64,000 nt of DNA from an uncultured Eubacteriales bacterium (GCA_964433065.1 CAYSPZ010000001.1:28651-92650); one strand, 5' to 3'. Shown: positions 42,800 through 52,186, counted from the stretch's first letter. The notes: generated from the sequence alone by a model not told the origin. Numbers and translations: made by a program.

Positions 42800-43564
42800 T
42801 CAAAAATCAATGAAATCCCGTACCGTTTTCATGGTACTGAGCAACGGTTGCACGGGGGCGGAGATGTGGTCGTGTTCCCACACGCACAAACTCATACAGC
42901 AACCGAGTTTGATACCGAGCCGACGGTGAAGGGAACATTCGCCGCCCGACAGGAATAAAAACGGTGCGCCCAGTTCGCGTTTTAACAGGTCGGTGATGCG
43001 CAGGTTTTCAATCTGCTGTTCCATCGTATCGGCGGCGGTGACGATCTTGATGACGTCCGCACCGCGCCGTTTTTGTTCGAGTGCCATTTCCAGTACCCGT
43101 TCGGCGGGGGTGAAACGGCACACGTGGGACGAGATAAGTACCTCTGCCCCTTTTGCGTGGAGTTCGTCGATGAGTTTCATCTGTTTTTCGATGGCGACGG
43201 GGTCGTCGGTGAGTTCGTCGGGATGCCCTTTGGCATACAGGTTACCGATGACGTCGCAAAGGGTCGCGCCGCAATCGGCGATGGTGAGCAGTTCGTTTGC
43301 GAGTTGTTCGTCGGAACGCTCGTTTTTGTTGTTGCCGCCGCGGTAGAAGGTCGCATAGACGGGTCTGCCTTTCGCTTCGGCAAACAGACGGCGGTAAACG
43401 TCGGGGTTTTTCTCCTCGTCGCGCAACCATTCCAGTTGCATACCGAACGCGTCGGTGCCTTGACAGATCGCGTTGCGCATCAGGCGGACGGTGTTATCCG
43501 CCGTTTCGGAGATCGCCATGGTGGTGAGCAGAGGACGCTCGTGACCCAAAAAGGACGGTTTCAT
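42800..43564 (-). CDS. Type I 3-dehydroquinate dehydratase-like protein (AroD fold)
   Basis: VLISSHVCRFTP..GADVIKIVTAAD mirrors the AroD His and Schiff-base Lys blocks. His and Lys are 26 residues apart, against 27 in enteric AroD as I recall it. Confidence 0.55.
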   Translation of the reverse strand: MKPSFLGHERPLLTTMAISETADNTVRLMRNAICQGTDAFGMQLEWLRDEEKNPDVYRRLFAEAKGRPVYATFYRGGNNKNERSDEQLANELLTIADCGATLCDVIGNLYAKGHPDELTDDPVAIEKQMKLIDELHAKGAEVLISSHVCRFTPAERVLEMALEQKRRGADVIKIVTAADTMEQQIENLRITDLLKRELGAPFLFLSGGECSLHRRLGIKLGCCMSLCVWEHDHISAPVQPLLSTMKTVRDFIDF

Positions 43565-43566
43565 TC

Positions 43567-44328
43567 TTACGCCCTCCCCATCGCTTCGCGGCCGCCGTCG
43601 ATCATCATATTGGTACCATTGATGAACTGACCTTTATCCGACGCCACGAACAGGCACAGGTCGATGATCTCCTGCGGTTCGGCGGCTCTGCCGAGCAGGG
43701 TGGGCATCTGCGCCATCGCGGCACGGGTGAGCACGGGACCGGGTGAGATACACACACTACGTACCCCGAACGGTGCGCCGGCTTGGGCGAGCGATTTGGT
43801 AAGACCGTACATAAGACCCACTTTCGCCACGCAATAGTCGGGACCGTACCCGCTGCCTTCCGCGCCGGTAATGGAACCGATATTGATGATCAGACCGCTC
43901 TTTTGTTCCATCATCGGTTTCATCACCGCGTGGGCAAAGTAGAACGGACCTTTCAGGTTAACGTCTAAACCCCAGTCGTACACTTCGATCGGCACGTCGG
44001 GGAAGGTGGGGTATTTTTCGATATCCACCTGCTTGATGCGAATGGACGAGCCGCCCGCGAAGTTCGCCATCACGTCGATTCTGCCGAACTGTTCGAGTGC
44101 CGCGTCGCGCGCCGCACAGACTTGTGCGTAGTCGCGCACGTCGCACAGTTGCGCGTAGGCTCTGCCTTGTCCTTTTTGGTTGATCTCGTTTACCTTTTCG
44201 GCTAATACCGCTTCGTTAACGTCGCACATCAACACGTTACCGCCGAGTGCAGCAAAATTCTGCGCGAATAACAGCCCCATACCCGAGGCGGCACCCGTTG
44301 AGATGGCTACTTGTCCCGTAAAATCCAT
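43567..44328 (-). CDS. Short-chain dehydrogenase/reductase
   Basis: VAISTGAASGMGL and a YCVAKVGL (YxxxK) motif. First gene of the operon. Confidence 0.8.
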   Translation of the reverse strand: MDFTGQVAISTGAASGMGLLFAQNFAALGGNVLMCDVNEAVLAEKVNEINQKGQGRAYAQLCDVRDYAQVCAARDAALEQFGRIDVMANFAGGSSIRIKQVDIEKYPTFPDVPIEVYDWGLDVNLKGPFYFAHAVMKPMMEQKSGLIINIGSITGAEGSGYGPDYCVAKVGLMYGLTKSLAQAGAPFGVRSVCISPGPVLTRAAMAQMPTLLGRAAEPQEIIDLCLFVASDKGQFINGTNMMIDGGREAMGRA

Positions 44329-44351
44329 TTTGAATTCCCCCTTTTTTCTTG

Positions 44352-44380
44352 ATTGTACCGTCTGCCTGTCTGTTTTTCAA
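44352..44380 (-). promoter_or_regulatory. Candidate promoter of the seven-gene redox operon
   Basis: On the minus strand: TTGAAA, 17 nt, TACAAT, about 24 nt upstream of the ATG at 44328 (RBS AAGGGGGA). Confidence 0.5.
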
Positions 44381-44432
44381 TAGGAAAAACGATAGCATTT
44401 TATCTTTTCTGATACTTTTTGTGCCGCTTTTG

Positions 44433-44460
44433 CTTGACATTGTTGATAAATTTGATATAC
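44433..44460 (+). promoter_or_regulatory. Candidate promoter of the AraC-family regulator gene
   Basis: TTGACA, 16 nt, TATACT with TGA immediately upstream (extended -10). It lies 21 nt before the ATG at 44481 (RBS AGGTGA). Confidence 0.55.
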
Positions 44461-44480
44461 TCAGCGTAAGAGGTGATAAA

Positions 44481-45239
44481 ATGGATGCGTTGGCATTGAC
44501 CCTTTCGTCGGTGGAAGAAGTGACGCTGTTTCAAGCAAAGCGGGGACACGTCAACACCGTCAATAAACGATGGTCGAACGGTCTCGCGTTGTGTCTTCGC
44601 GGACAGATCACCTATACGATGGGAAACCGTCAATTTGTACTGAACGAAAACCGCGCAGTGTTGTTGCCGAAGGGATGCGATTACTCGTTCGTATGCGACG
44701 AGGAAGGGGTATTCCCCGTCGTCAATTTTTCGTGCGTGGGGTTGTCGGCAACCGAACTTCAGGAATTTGAACTATCCGATGCCGCGTCGTGTATCCGCTC
44801 GTTTAAACGATTGCGACAGGCGTTTCTTGAGCCCGATACGCGCCTCAAACGGTTTGCGCTTACGTACGAGTTGCTTCACAAGGTCACCGACCGCCGTAAA
44901 GCGGTACCCGACCCCTTGCGCCGTGCGATACAGTATATGGAAGAACACCTCGGCGATCCCGACCTGTCCAACGTAAAAACGGCAGAGCAGGTGGGAATCA
45001 GCGAGGTGTATCTGCGTCGATTGTTTGATCTCTACCAACACACGTCACCGAGACAGTACGTGTTGGCGCGGCGGATCGCGAGGGCGGAACAGTTGCTCAC
45101 CGATACCGCGTTGTCGGTGACGGCGGTCGCGGAACAGTGCGGATTTTCCAGCGTATATCATTTCTGCCGTGCGTTCAAGCAAAAGACGGGGATGACCCCC
45201 ACTCAGTATGCCGCCGCGCATAAAGTGTATCAAATCTAA
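44481..45239 (+). CDS. AraC-family transcriptional regulator (cupin-like sensor plus HTH)
   Basis: The C-terminal ..ISEVYLRRLF..SPRQYV..RIARAEQLL..SVTAVAEQCGFSSVYHFCRAFKQKTGMTPTQY is the AraC double HTH. Start moved to MDALAL. Confidence 0.85.
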   Translation: MDALALTLSSVEEVTLFQAKRGHVNTVNKRWSNGLALCLRGQITYTMGNRQFVLNENRAVLLPKGCDYSFVCDEEGVFPVVNFSCVGLSATELQEFELSDAASCIRSFKRLRQAFLEPDTRLKRFALTYELLHKVTDRRKAVPDPLRRAIQYMEEHLGDPDLSNVKTAEQVGISEVYLRRLFDLYQHTSPRQYVLARRIARAEQLLTDTALSVTAVAEQCGFSSVYHFCRAFKQKTGMTPTQYAAAHKVYQI

Positions 45240-45240
45240 C

Positions 45241-45268
45241 TTGAAAACCGGTAAAAACGTACTATAAT
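45241..45268 (+). promoter_or_regulatory. Candidate promoter of the metallophosphoesterase gene
   Basis: TTGAAA, 16 nt, TATAAT, 24 nt before the ATG at 45292 (RBS AAGGGAGG). Confidence 0.5.
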
Positions 45269-45291
45269 GAAAGGCAAAGGGAGGCCGTGTT

Positions 45292-46392
45292 ATGAACGTA
45301 TTGAAAACCGCACCCGCGGTGTTTGCCGTGGGGAAAACGTATCAGATCTTCGTACCCGTCACCTGTGAAACGCTGATGTGTGTCAAGGTGGGGGACGAAC
45401 GGTATTACGACGAGAGCAACGGGACGTTTCGTTCCCACGTGTCGGTACACCGTATGGAAGTGCCGATGGCGGCACTGGACGAAGCGAAAGAGTATACCAT
45501 TTGTTACTATCGCATCATTGAGCGCAAACCCTATTTTACCGAAACCCACGAAGAGGAGTATGAAACCTTTTCGTTTACCCCCGTGACGGGCGATACCGTA
45601 CGCGCGTATCAGTTGGCAGATACCCATAATCTGGTGGAGGAGCCCATCGGGGCGGTGCGCCGTTTTGAACAGGAATACGGCGCGATCGATTTTCTCATCT
45701 TAAACGGGGACATTCCCGATCACAGCGGGGATATCCGCAATTTTGACAACATTTATCGGTTGGTGGGCACCCTCACGGGCGGTCGGATCCCCACCGTCTT
45801 CTCGCGCGGTAACCACGATATGCGGGGAATCTGTGCGGAAAATCTTGCCGAGTACACCCCGACCGAAAACGGCAATTCGTATTTCTCGTTCCGTCTGGGG
45901 AGTTTCTGGGGAATCGTACTGGATTGCGGTGAGGACAAAGCCGATTTCCGCGACGAGTACGGACACACCATCTGCTGTCACCCGTTCCGTTTGCGCGAGA
46001 CCGCCTACTTAAAAGAGGTCATCCGCAACGCGGCAACCGAATACGACGAGGGCGGGGTGACCCGCAAACTGGTGATCGTACACAGCCCGTTTACGCGGCG
46101 GTATCGCGAACCGTTCAACATTGAAGAGGACATCTATGCCGAATGGGCAGCGCTGCTGCGCGAACACGTGAAACCGGATCTGATGTTGTGCGGACACGTG
46201 CACACGCAACAGATCAATCCCGTCGGTTGTGAACACGACGTGTTCGGGCAACCGTGTCCCATCGTCATCGGGTCGACCGTGAAGATCCCCGAAAAGTATT
46301 ACGCGGGAACGGGATTTTTGTTCGAGGGCGAGTCGGTCACCGCCGTGTTTACCGACAAAGACGAGATATTGGGTGTTAATAAGGTCCTGTAA
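45292..46392 (+). CDS. Calcineurin-like metallophosphoesterase
   Basis: LADTHN, LNGDIPDH, RGNHD, VHSP and CGHVH are the five phosphoesterase metal-binding blocks, in the expected order. Confidence 0.75.
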   Translation: MNVLKTAPAVFAVGKTYQIFVPVTCETLMCVKVGDERYYDESNGTFRSHVSVHRMEVPMAALDEAKEYTICYYRIIERKPYFTETHEEEYETFSFTPVTGDTVRAYQLADTHNLVEEPIGAVRRFEQEYGAIDFLILNGDIPDHSGDIRNFDNIYRLVGTLTGGRIPTVFSRGNHDMRGICAENLAEYTPTENGNSYFSFRLGSFWGIVLDCGEDKADFRDEYGHTICCHPFRLRETAYLKEVIRNAATEYDEGGVTRKLVIVHSPFTRRYREPFNIEEDIYAEWAALLREHVKPDLMLCGHVHTQQINPVGCEHDVFGQPCPIVIGSTVKIPEKYYAGTGFLFEGESVTAVFTDKDEILGVNKVL

Positions 46393-46396
46393 CGCA

Positions 46397-46426
46397 AGAC
46401 CGCGACGATCGTCGCGGTCTTTTTTA
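46397..46426 (+). terminator. Rho-independent terminator
   Basis: AGACCGCGAC GATC GTCGCGGTCT 10-bp stem followed by TTTTTT. Confidence 0.75.
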
Positions 46427-46483
46427 TCGGTTATCCGCAACGCAATATGTCGGATTTTTTCTCCTTTTGTCGCATATTTGCAT

Positions 46484-46512
46484 TTACAAAGGAAACAAAA
46501 CCATCGTATAAT
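46484..46512 (+). promoter_or_regulatory. Candidate promoter of the GH127 gene
   Basis: TTACAA, 17 nt, TATAAT, 36 nt before the ATG at 46548 (RBS GGAGG). Confidence 0.5.
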
Positions 46513-46547
46513 ATAGGTAAAAGAATCGGTCTGCAGGAGGTATCGCT

Positions 46548-48371
46548 ATGAAAAATATCGGGTATACTCACGTCACGGTCAACGACGGATTTTGGAAAGA
46601 AAAGCAGGATATGGTGCGTCGCACGACGGTGGATGCCGAGTATAAGCGGTTTTCCGAAACGCACCGTTTTGACGCGATGTTGTTCAACTGGACACCCGAA
46701 TCACCGTTTACCCCTCACGTGTACTGGGATTCGGATATCGCCAAATGGATGGAAGGTGTCGCGTATCTTCTCCGTTTCGAGCGTGATCCCAAATGGGAGG
46801 CGGTCATCGACGCGGTGGTGGACAGTATCGAAAAAAATCGCGACGAGAACGGGTATTACAATTCCCATTATCTGCAAATAGAACCTGAAAACAAGTTTTC
46901 CCACCGCGAGTATCACGAACTGTACTGCGCGGGGCATCTCGTGGAAGCGGCGGTCGCGTATGCCGAGGCAACGGGGAAACGAAAATTCCTTGATCTGATG
47001 TGCGATTACGTCGATTACATCGAAAAGCGGTTTAAGATCGAACAGTCCACCCCGTTCGTCACCCCCGGTCATCCCGAGTTGGAGTTGGCTCTGGTGAAAC
47101 TGTATAAGGCGACGGGTGAAAAACGGTATTTAGAACTGTCCAAATTCTTTGTCGATATGCGCGGCAACAACGACAAAGACGTAAACTTCGTTCCCAAAGA
47201 ACAGGATATGATCCACTGTGAAATGGACGCACTGCCGCTTCGCGAGATCAGCGATCCCCGCGGTCACGCGGTACGCGCAATGTATCTGCTCGCGGGAATG
47301 ACCGACGTAGCATTGGCATACGGCGACAAAGAACTGCTCGACGCGTGCGAGCGGGTGTATCAGACCACCGTGAATCGGCGGATGTATATCACCGGCGGTG
47401 TAGGGTCTTCCCACAACGGTGAGTCGTTTGCCGCTGACTATTATCTGCCCAACCGCACCGCATATGCGGAGACCTGTGCGTCGATCGGTCTTGCGTTGTT
47501 CAGCCACCGTATGTCCGAAACGAACGAGAACGCCGGGTATGCCGACACGGTGGAACGCGCCCTCTACAACAATATGTTATCGGGTATCTCGATGGACGGG
47601 GACGCGTTCTTCTACCAGAACCCGCTGGAGATCGACCTTGAGTTCAATCACACCAATATTTACCATTGTGTGAAAGACCGATTCCCCATCACCCGCCGTC
47701 CGCAGATGTATAACTGCGCGTGTTGTCCGCCCAACGTGTTGCGGATGATCGCGTCGATCGGCGGATACGCGTACGCGCAAAACGACGATACGGTGTTTAT
47801 CAACCAGTTTATCGATTCTACCTTAACGATAGACGGTACCACCCTCACGGTTAAGACCGCCTATCCCGCCGACGGAAAACTGACGATCACCTGCCGCAGT
47901 GATAAACAGCAGTTAGCGGTGCGTATCCCCGCGTGGTGCGATACGGTGGTGACCGATACCCCCTACACCGCCGCAAACGGGTATGCGTATTTCGATCTGC
48001 ACGGGGAGGATACCCTGTCGATCGAATTCCCGATGGAGGTACGGGTGATCGCCGCCAACCTGACCGTTCACGAAAACGCGGGACGGGTCGCGGTGACGCG
48101 CGGACCGATCGTGTACTGTGCCGAATCGGTGGATAACGGGGAGGATCTGCGTTGCGTGTCGATCGATCCCGACGCACCGTTTACGCTCGGCGAAACGGCA
48201 TTTCTGTTGCCGAATCTTCAAACGACGGGATACCGTCCCGTTAAAACCGACGGGTTGTACGGCAAGGCGACCAAAGAACGCGACGCGTTCACCCTCAACC
48301 TCATTCCCTACTACGCGTTCGCCAACCGCGAAGAAGCGTCGATGCAGGTGTGGTTTTTGCAAACACGATAA
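46548..48371 (+). CDS. Glycoside hydrolase family 127-like protein (DUF1680, beta-L-arabinofuranosidase type)
   Basis: A 607-aa protein whose N-terminus ..VTVNDGFWKEKQ.. and overall layout recall HypBA1-type GH127. No signal peptide. Confidence 0.7.
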   Translation: MKNIGYTHVTVNDGFWKEKQDMVRRTTVDAEYKRFSETHRFDAMLFNWTPESPFTPHVYWDSDIAKWMEGVAYLLRFERDPKWEAVIDAVVDSIEKNRDENGYYNSHYLQIEPENKFSHREYHELYCAGHLVEAAVAYAEATGKRKFLDLMCDYVDYIEKRFKIEQSTPFVTPGHPELELALVKLYKATGEKRYLELSKFFVDMRGNNDKDVNFVPKEQDMIHCEMDALPLREISDPRGHAVRAMYLLAGMTDVALAYGDKELLDACERVYQTTVNRRMYITGGVGSSHNGESFAADYYLPNRTAYAETCASIGLALFSHRMSETNENAGYADTVERALYNNMLSGISMDGDAFFYQNPLEIDLEFNHTNIYHCVKDRFPITRRPQMYNCACCPPNVLRMIASIGGYAYAQNDDTVFINQFIDSTLTIDGTTLTVKTAYPADGKLTITCRSDKQQLAVRIPAWCDTVVTDTPYTAANGYAYFDLHGEDTLSIEFPMEVRVIAANLTVHENAGRVAVTRGPIVYCAESVDNGEDLRCVSIDPDAPFTLGETAFLLPNLQTTGYRPVKTDGLYGKATKERDAFTLNLIPYYAFANREEASMQVWFLQTR

Positions 48372-48384
48372 CACAAATTACAAA

Positions 48385-48417
48385 ACGGGATGATCCGCGC
48401 GGATCATCCCGTTTTTG
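48385..48417 (+). terminator. Rho-independent terminator
   Basis: ACGGGATGATCCG / CGGATCATCCCGT stem followed by TTTTT. Confidence 0.7.
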
Positions 48418-48601
48418 ATTTTAGCAACATTTGATAAGGAATACGCAATTTCGGCTATAGTAGAATAAAACTATACGCTTTGCAGAGAATGCAATGTTTT
48501 TTGCAGATTATCCTATTTACTTTGCTATATCCGTTTTGTAAAATGAATTCAGAGTAGATCCACCGTTTCGGCGCAAACGTTACTTTGAGTGGGGTGAGTA
48601 A

Positions 48602-48961
48602 ATGGAAACGCCTATAAAACCGCATACGGTGCGATACACCGACGAGGCGGCGATCACCACGGCGAAACGGTATATTGCCGACAACATTGAGCGCGCGCCC
48701 ACCGTGCGGGAGGTTGCCGCGTATACGTTTGTCAGTCCGCGTCATCTCACGCGTCTGTTCCAACTGTCAACCGATATGACACCGGGCGAATACATCGCCG
48801 CCGCGCGGATCGAGCGGATCGTCGCGTTGTTGCGAAATCCCGCGTTATCACTCAGCGAGATCAGTACGCAGATGCATTTCAGCAGTGAATGTTATTTCAA
48901 TTCGTATTTTAAAAAGCACATCGGCATTCCGCCGGGTGAATACCGACGTCGTTCAGGTTGA
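48602..48961 (+). CDS. Stand-alone AraC-type DNA-binding domain protein (MarA/SoxS-like)
   Basis: 119 aa consisting only of the double HTH (..TVREVAAYTFVSPRHLTRLF..EYIAAARIERI..LSEISTQMHFSSECYFNSYFKKHIG). There is no sensor domain. Confidence 0.75.
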   Translation: METPIKPHTVRYTDEAAITTAKRYIADNIERAPTVREVAAYTFVSPRHLTRLFQLSTDMTPGEYIAAARIERIVALLRNPALSLSEISTQMHFSSECYFNSYFKKHIGIPPGEYRRRSG

Positions 48962-48977
48962 ACGACGTCGGTTTTTT
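48943..48977 (+). terminator. Rho-independent terminator overlapping the stop codon
   Basis: CCGACGTCGTT / AACGACGTCGG 11-bp stem with a 7-nt loop, then TTTTTT. Confidence 0.7.
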
Positions 48978-48991
48978 ATAAAACAAACCGC

Positions 48992-49020
48992 TTGATTTTC
49001 GGGTGCTTAAACCGTATACT
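48992..49020 (+). promoter_or_regulatory. Candidate promoter of the BNR/sialidase-like gene
   Basis: TTGATT, 17 nt, TATACT, 33 nt before the ATG at 49053 (RBS AAGGAGG). Confidence 0.5.
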
Positions 49021-49052
49021 CGTAGTAGAAACACCAATAAGGAGGACGTTCT

Positions 49053-50459
49053 ATGCGAGGATGCAATTTGTGGAGTTACACACCCTTTCGCCCGCCGCTG
49101 TTCGAGGTAGGCGACCCGTATATCTGTCGTGTGGTACCGTCGCCCACCGCCATTCATGTTGAATGGCTTGCAAAAGACGGCGCGACCGAGTATACGGTGT
49201 ATTATCGTGTGCGCGAACAGGGCGATTTTATCCGTTTTGCGACGGTGACCGCTCTCGAATGTGATATCACGGGTCTTACGACCGATCTCGACTACGAGTT
49301 CTACGTGGAAGCGACGGGAAGTCGCAGTCGTATCCGTCTGGCACACACGGGTGAAATGGTGGGTGTGGTGATCAACTACTATCACCCCGAAGACAAAGCG
49401 TACGATTACGCGGGACATTGTTTATGTTCGCCGTCCCTGCTCAAACATCCCGACGGGTATCTGCTCGCGACGATGGACGTATACGGCGGCGGTGAACCGC
49501 AAAATCTCTCCTTCATTTTCCGTTCGGACGATAACGGCGAAACGTGGCATTACGTGAGCGAAGTGTTCCCGTGTTTCTGGGGCAGAACGTTCCTTCTCAA
49601 CGGCGATCTCTATCTGGTCGGTATGTCCACCGAATACGGTGACCTGACGATCGGTCGCTCGACCGACGGCGGCAAGACCTTCTCGGCACCCGTTTCGCTT
49701 CTGCGCGGATTCGGCGGTAAAGGGGGACGCGGCGGTTGTCACCGCAGTCCTTCGGAAACGCTGATACACAACGGTCGCATCTGGTTTAACTTCCAATGGG
49801 GATCGTGGGACGTGTGGCAAGGGTACTATCACAGTGAACTGATGGCGTCCTGTCCCGTCGATGCCGATCCGCTGGTTCCCGAAAACTGGTCGTTCACCGA
49901 ACCACTTATCTTTGACAAGAACTGGGACGGCGCGGTAGCGGATGCCGAAAACACCTACGGCACGATGGAGGGATCGCCGGTGGTCGGTCCCGACGGCAAC
50001 CTGTATTGTATTTCACGGTACAACTATTCGGGCGGTACTCCGCCGTACGGTGTCATCGTGGCGTACAAGATCGACGAAAACGATCCCGAAGCGCCGATGG
50101 CATTCTCCCACACCATTCGGATGTCGTGCAACAACAACTCGAAACTCGCCGTTCAACGCGACGAGGTGACGGGACGGTATTTCTGCATCGCCAACGAGGC
50201 GGTGAATGAAGAGCAGGCGATGCGCCGCAATTTGTTGTCGCTGTTCGTATCGGACGATATGAACAACTGGCGGGTGGCGCGGCGGTTGCTGAACGCGCTC
50301 GATCAGGATAGGGAGAAGGTCGGGTTCCAGTACGTCAACTTTTTGTTTGACGGAGAAGACATTCTGTTCTTGTCCCGCACCGCTATCAATCAAGCGGAAA
50401 GTTTCCACAACACCAACTGTATCACCTTCCACCGCATCGAAAATTTCCGTAACTTATGA
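49053..50459 (+). CDS. BNR/Asp-box beta-propeller protein (sialidase-like) with an N-terminal FN3-like domain, no signal peptide
   Basis: Two Asp-boxes, SDDNGETW and STDGGKTF (SxDxGxTW/F). The N-terminal ..VEWLAKDGATEYTVYYR.. stretch is FN3-like. Confidence 0.6.
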   Translation: MRGCNLWSYTPFRPPLFEVGDPYICRVVPSPTAIHVEWLAKDGATEYTVYYRVREQGDFIRFATVTALECDITGLTTDLDYEFYVEATGSRSRIRLAHTGEMVGVVINYYHPEDKAYDYAGHCLCSPSLLKHPDGYLLATMDVYGGGEPQNLSFIFRSDDNGETWHYVSEVFPCFWGRTFLLNGDLYLVGMSTEYGDLTIGRSTDGGKTFSAPVSLLRGFGGKGGRGGCHRSPSETLIHNGRIWFNFQWGSWDVWQGYYHSELMASCPVDADPLVPENWSFTEPLIFDKNWDGAVADAENTYGTMEGSPVVGPDGNLYCISRYNYSGGTPPYGVIVAYKIDENDPEAPMAFSHTIRMSCNNNSKLAVQRDEVTGRYFCIANEAVNEEQAMRRNLLSLFVSDDMNNWRVARRLLNALDQDREKVGFQYVNFLFDGEDILFLSRTAINQAESFHNTNCITFHRIENFRNL

Positions 50460-50463
50460 TAAA

Positions 50464-50493
50464 AGACCGCCGACATCGTCGGCGGTCTTTTTA
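50464..50493. terminator. Bidirectional Rho-independent terminator
   Basis: AGACCGCCGAC ATC GTCGGCGGTCT 11-bp stem flanked by AAA and TTTTT, between convergent genes. Confidence 0.75.
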
Positions 50494-51207
50494 TAATACT
50501 TCGTCCATAAACCGAAGAAGTTGTTCGAAGTTGCCGTGCGGGTAGGCGGTGATATCGGCGTCTTTGCGGTTAATGAGGTGGTCGGTGAGCAAAAACACCC
50601 GCATACCGAGTTGCGACGCGATCATATCCTCCCCCACGTCGTTGCCGATCATCAGGCATTCGTCGGCGCGCAGGTCGAACGCATCGAGCAGATCCTGATA
50701 GTACGCGAGGTTGGGTTTGCAGTGATAGGTATCCTCGTAGGTGGTGTAGCGGTCGAAATCGGACGGTTCAAGACCCGCCCAACGGATACGTTGTTCGGTC
50801 GCGACCGCGGGGAAGAACGGGTTGGTCGCCAAGATGACGCGGCGACCGTTGCCGCCCGCGCGCTCGACCGCCTGTTTCGCGTACGGGGTGGGGTGGCAGA
50901 TCGCCTCGATCTTGCCGAACTCGTCACGGTAAAACCGGTCGAGTACCCAGCGGTCGTTCCGCGATTTCTCGCCGTACTGCGTCTCAAACACGCGCCAGAA
51001 CACCGTTTCGTTGGTGGCGGCACCGTCGTTTTTCGCCATCGCGTAGATGCCGCGTTCGATGGTATCGGTGAGCAGTTTCGGTTCGTACCCGTGCGGTTCC
51101 ATCAACGGGTTTAAATATTGATAATACGCGACGATAAACTCGTCGGCATCCATCGGCAGTAACGTACCGTCGAGGTCGAATAATACGGCTTTGATCAAGT
51201 CATCCAC
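50491..51207 (-). CDS. HAD-superfamily hydrolase
   Basis: AVLFDLDGTLL (motif I) and a C-terminal GNDVGEDM (motif IV-like). Confidence 0.7.
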   Translation of the reverse strand: MDDLIKAVLFDLDGTLLPMDADEFIVAYYQYLNPLMEPHGYEPKLLTDTIERGIYAMAKNDGAATNETVFWRVFETQYGEKSRNDRWVLDRFYRDEFGKIEAICHPTPYAKQAVERAGGNGRRVILATNPFFPAVATEQRIRWAGLEPSDFDRYTTYEDTYHCKPNLAYYQDLLDAFDLRADECLMIGNDVGEDMIASQLGMRVFLLTDHLINRKDADITAYPHGNFEQLLRFMDEVL

Positions 51208-51259
51208 CTGCTTTCAAACAATCATTATACGGGATTTTTCAAAATTCGTCAATTGATAG

Positions 51260-51288
51260 TTGCAAAATAACGATAACACCGCTATAAT
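51260..51288 (+). promoter_or_regulatory. Candidate promoter of the DMT-like transporter gene
   Basis: TTGCAA, 17 nt, TATAAT, followed by AAGGAGG and a TTG start at 51314. Confidence 0.5.
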
Positions 51289-51313
51289 GGCAGGGTATAA
51301 GGAGGAATCAAAT

Positions 51314-52174
51314 TTGAACGTTCTGTATCTCATTTTGATCATTCTGTTTATTTCGGCACAGCATATCACCCGCAAACCGTATACCAAAAGGACGGAAGGG
51401 AAAGGCGCTTTTCTGTTTTCGTTGTTATCGGTCAGTGCCACGCTGTTGTTTTTCTTCCTCACCTCCGGTGAGTTGCATTTCGAGGCAACACTTCTCCCCT
51501 ATTCCGCGTTGTTTGCGCTCGCGTACGGGTTAGGAACCGTTTTTACGGTACTTGCCGTCTCCTGCGGTCCGTTGTCGTTGACCACCCTGATCCTTTCCTA
51601 CGCGTTGTTGTTACCGACCGTTTACGGATTGGCGGTATTGCACGATCCCATCCGCGTCTGGTTCTTCCCCGGTATCTGTCTGTTGGTGATCTCCTTATTT
51701 CTGCTCAACCGCAAAAGCGAAAAAAGTGCGCCGATCACCGCAAAATGGCTCCTGTATGTGATATTGGCGTTCCTTGGCGAGGGCGGTTGTACCGTTTCGC
51801 TCAAAATGCAACAAGTCGCATTCAACGGCGCATACAAAAACGAATTTATGTGTCTTGCGCTTTCGCTTGTCGTCATCACGTTGTGCGGATGCCTTGTGTT
51901 TTCAAACGAACGAAAGCACCTGAAAACCTACGTGAAGTCCGGTTGGTATCTGGCACCGCTTTGCGGTATCTTCAACGGGATCGTCAATCTGCTCGTTATG
52001 GTCCTGTCGGGTCCCGACGGTATGGCAGCGTCGGTGATGTTTCCGCTCATATCGGCGGGCGGCATCGTCACCACCTATTGCGTATCGCGGTTTTTATACA
52101 AAGAACAACTCTCCCCTTCTCAACAATGGGCATTGATACTGGGGATCGGATCGGTCGTGTTTCTGAATCTGTAA
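51314..52174 (+). CDS. Polytopic membrane protein, EamA/DMT-like transporter
   Basis: About 286 aa with roughly 10 hydrophobic segments. TTG start chosen because AAGGAGG lies 7 nt upstream; the ATGs further upstream have no RBS. Confidence 0.5.
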   Translation: MNVLYLILIILFISAQHITRKPYTKRTEGKGAFLFSLLSVSATLLFFFLTSGELHFEATLLPYSALFALAYGLGTVFTVLAVSCGPLSLTTLILSYALLLPTVYGLAVLHDPIRVWFFPGICLLVISLFLLNRKSEKSAPITAKWLLYVILAFLGEGGCTVSLKMQQVAFNGAYKNEFMCLALSLVVITLCGCLVFSNERKHLKTYVKSGWYLAPLCGIFNGIVNLLVMVLSGPDGMAASVMFPLISAGGIVTTYCVSRFLYKEQLSPSQQWALILGIGSVVFLNL

Positions 52175-52186
52175 AATGACAAAAAA

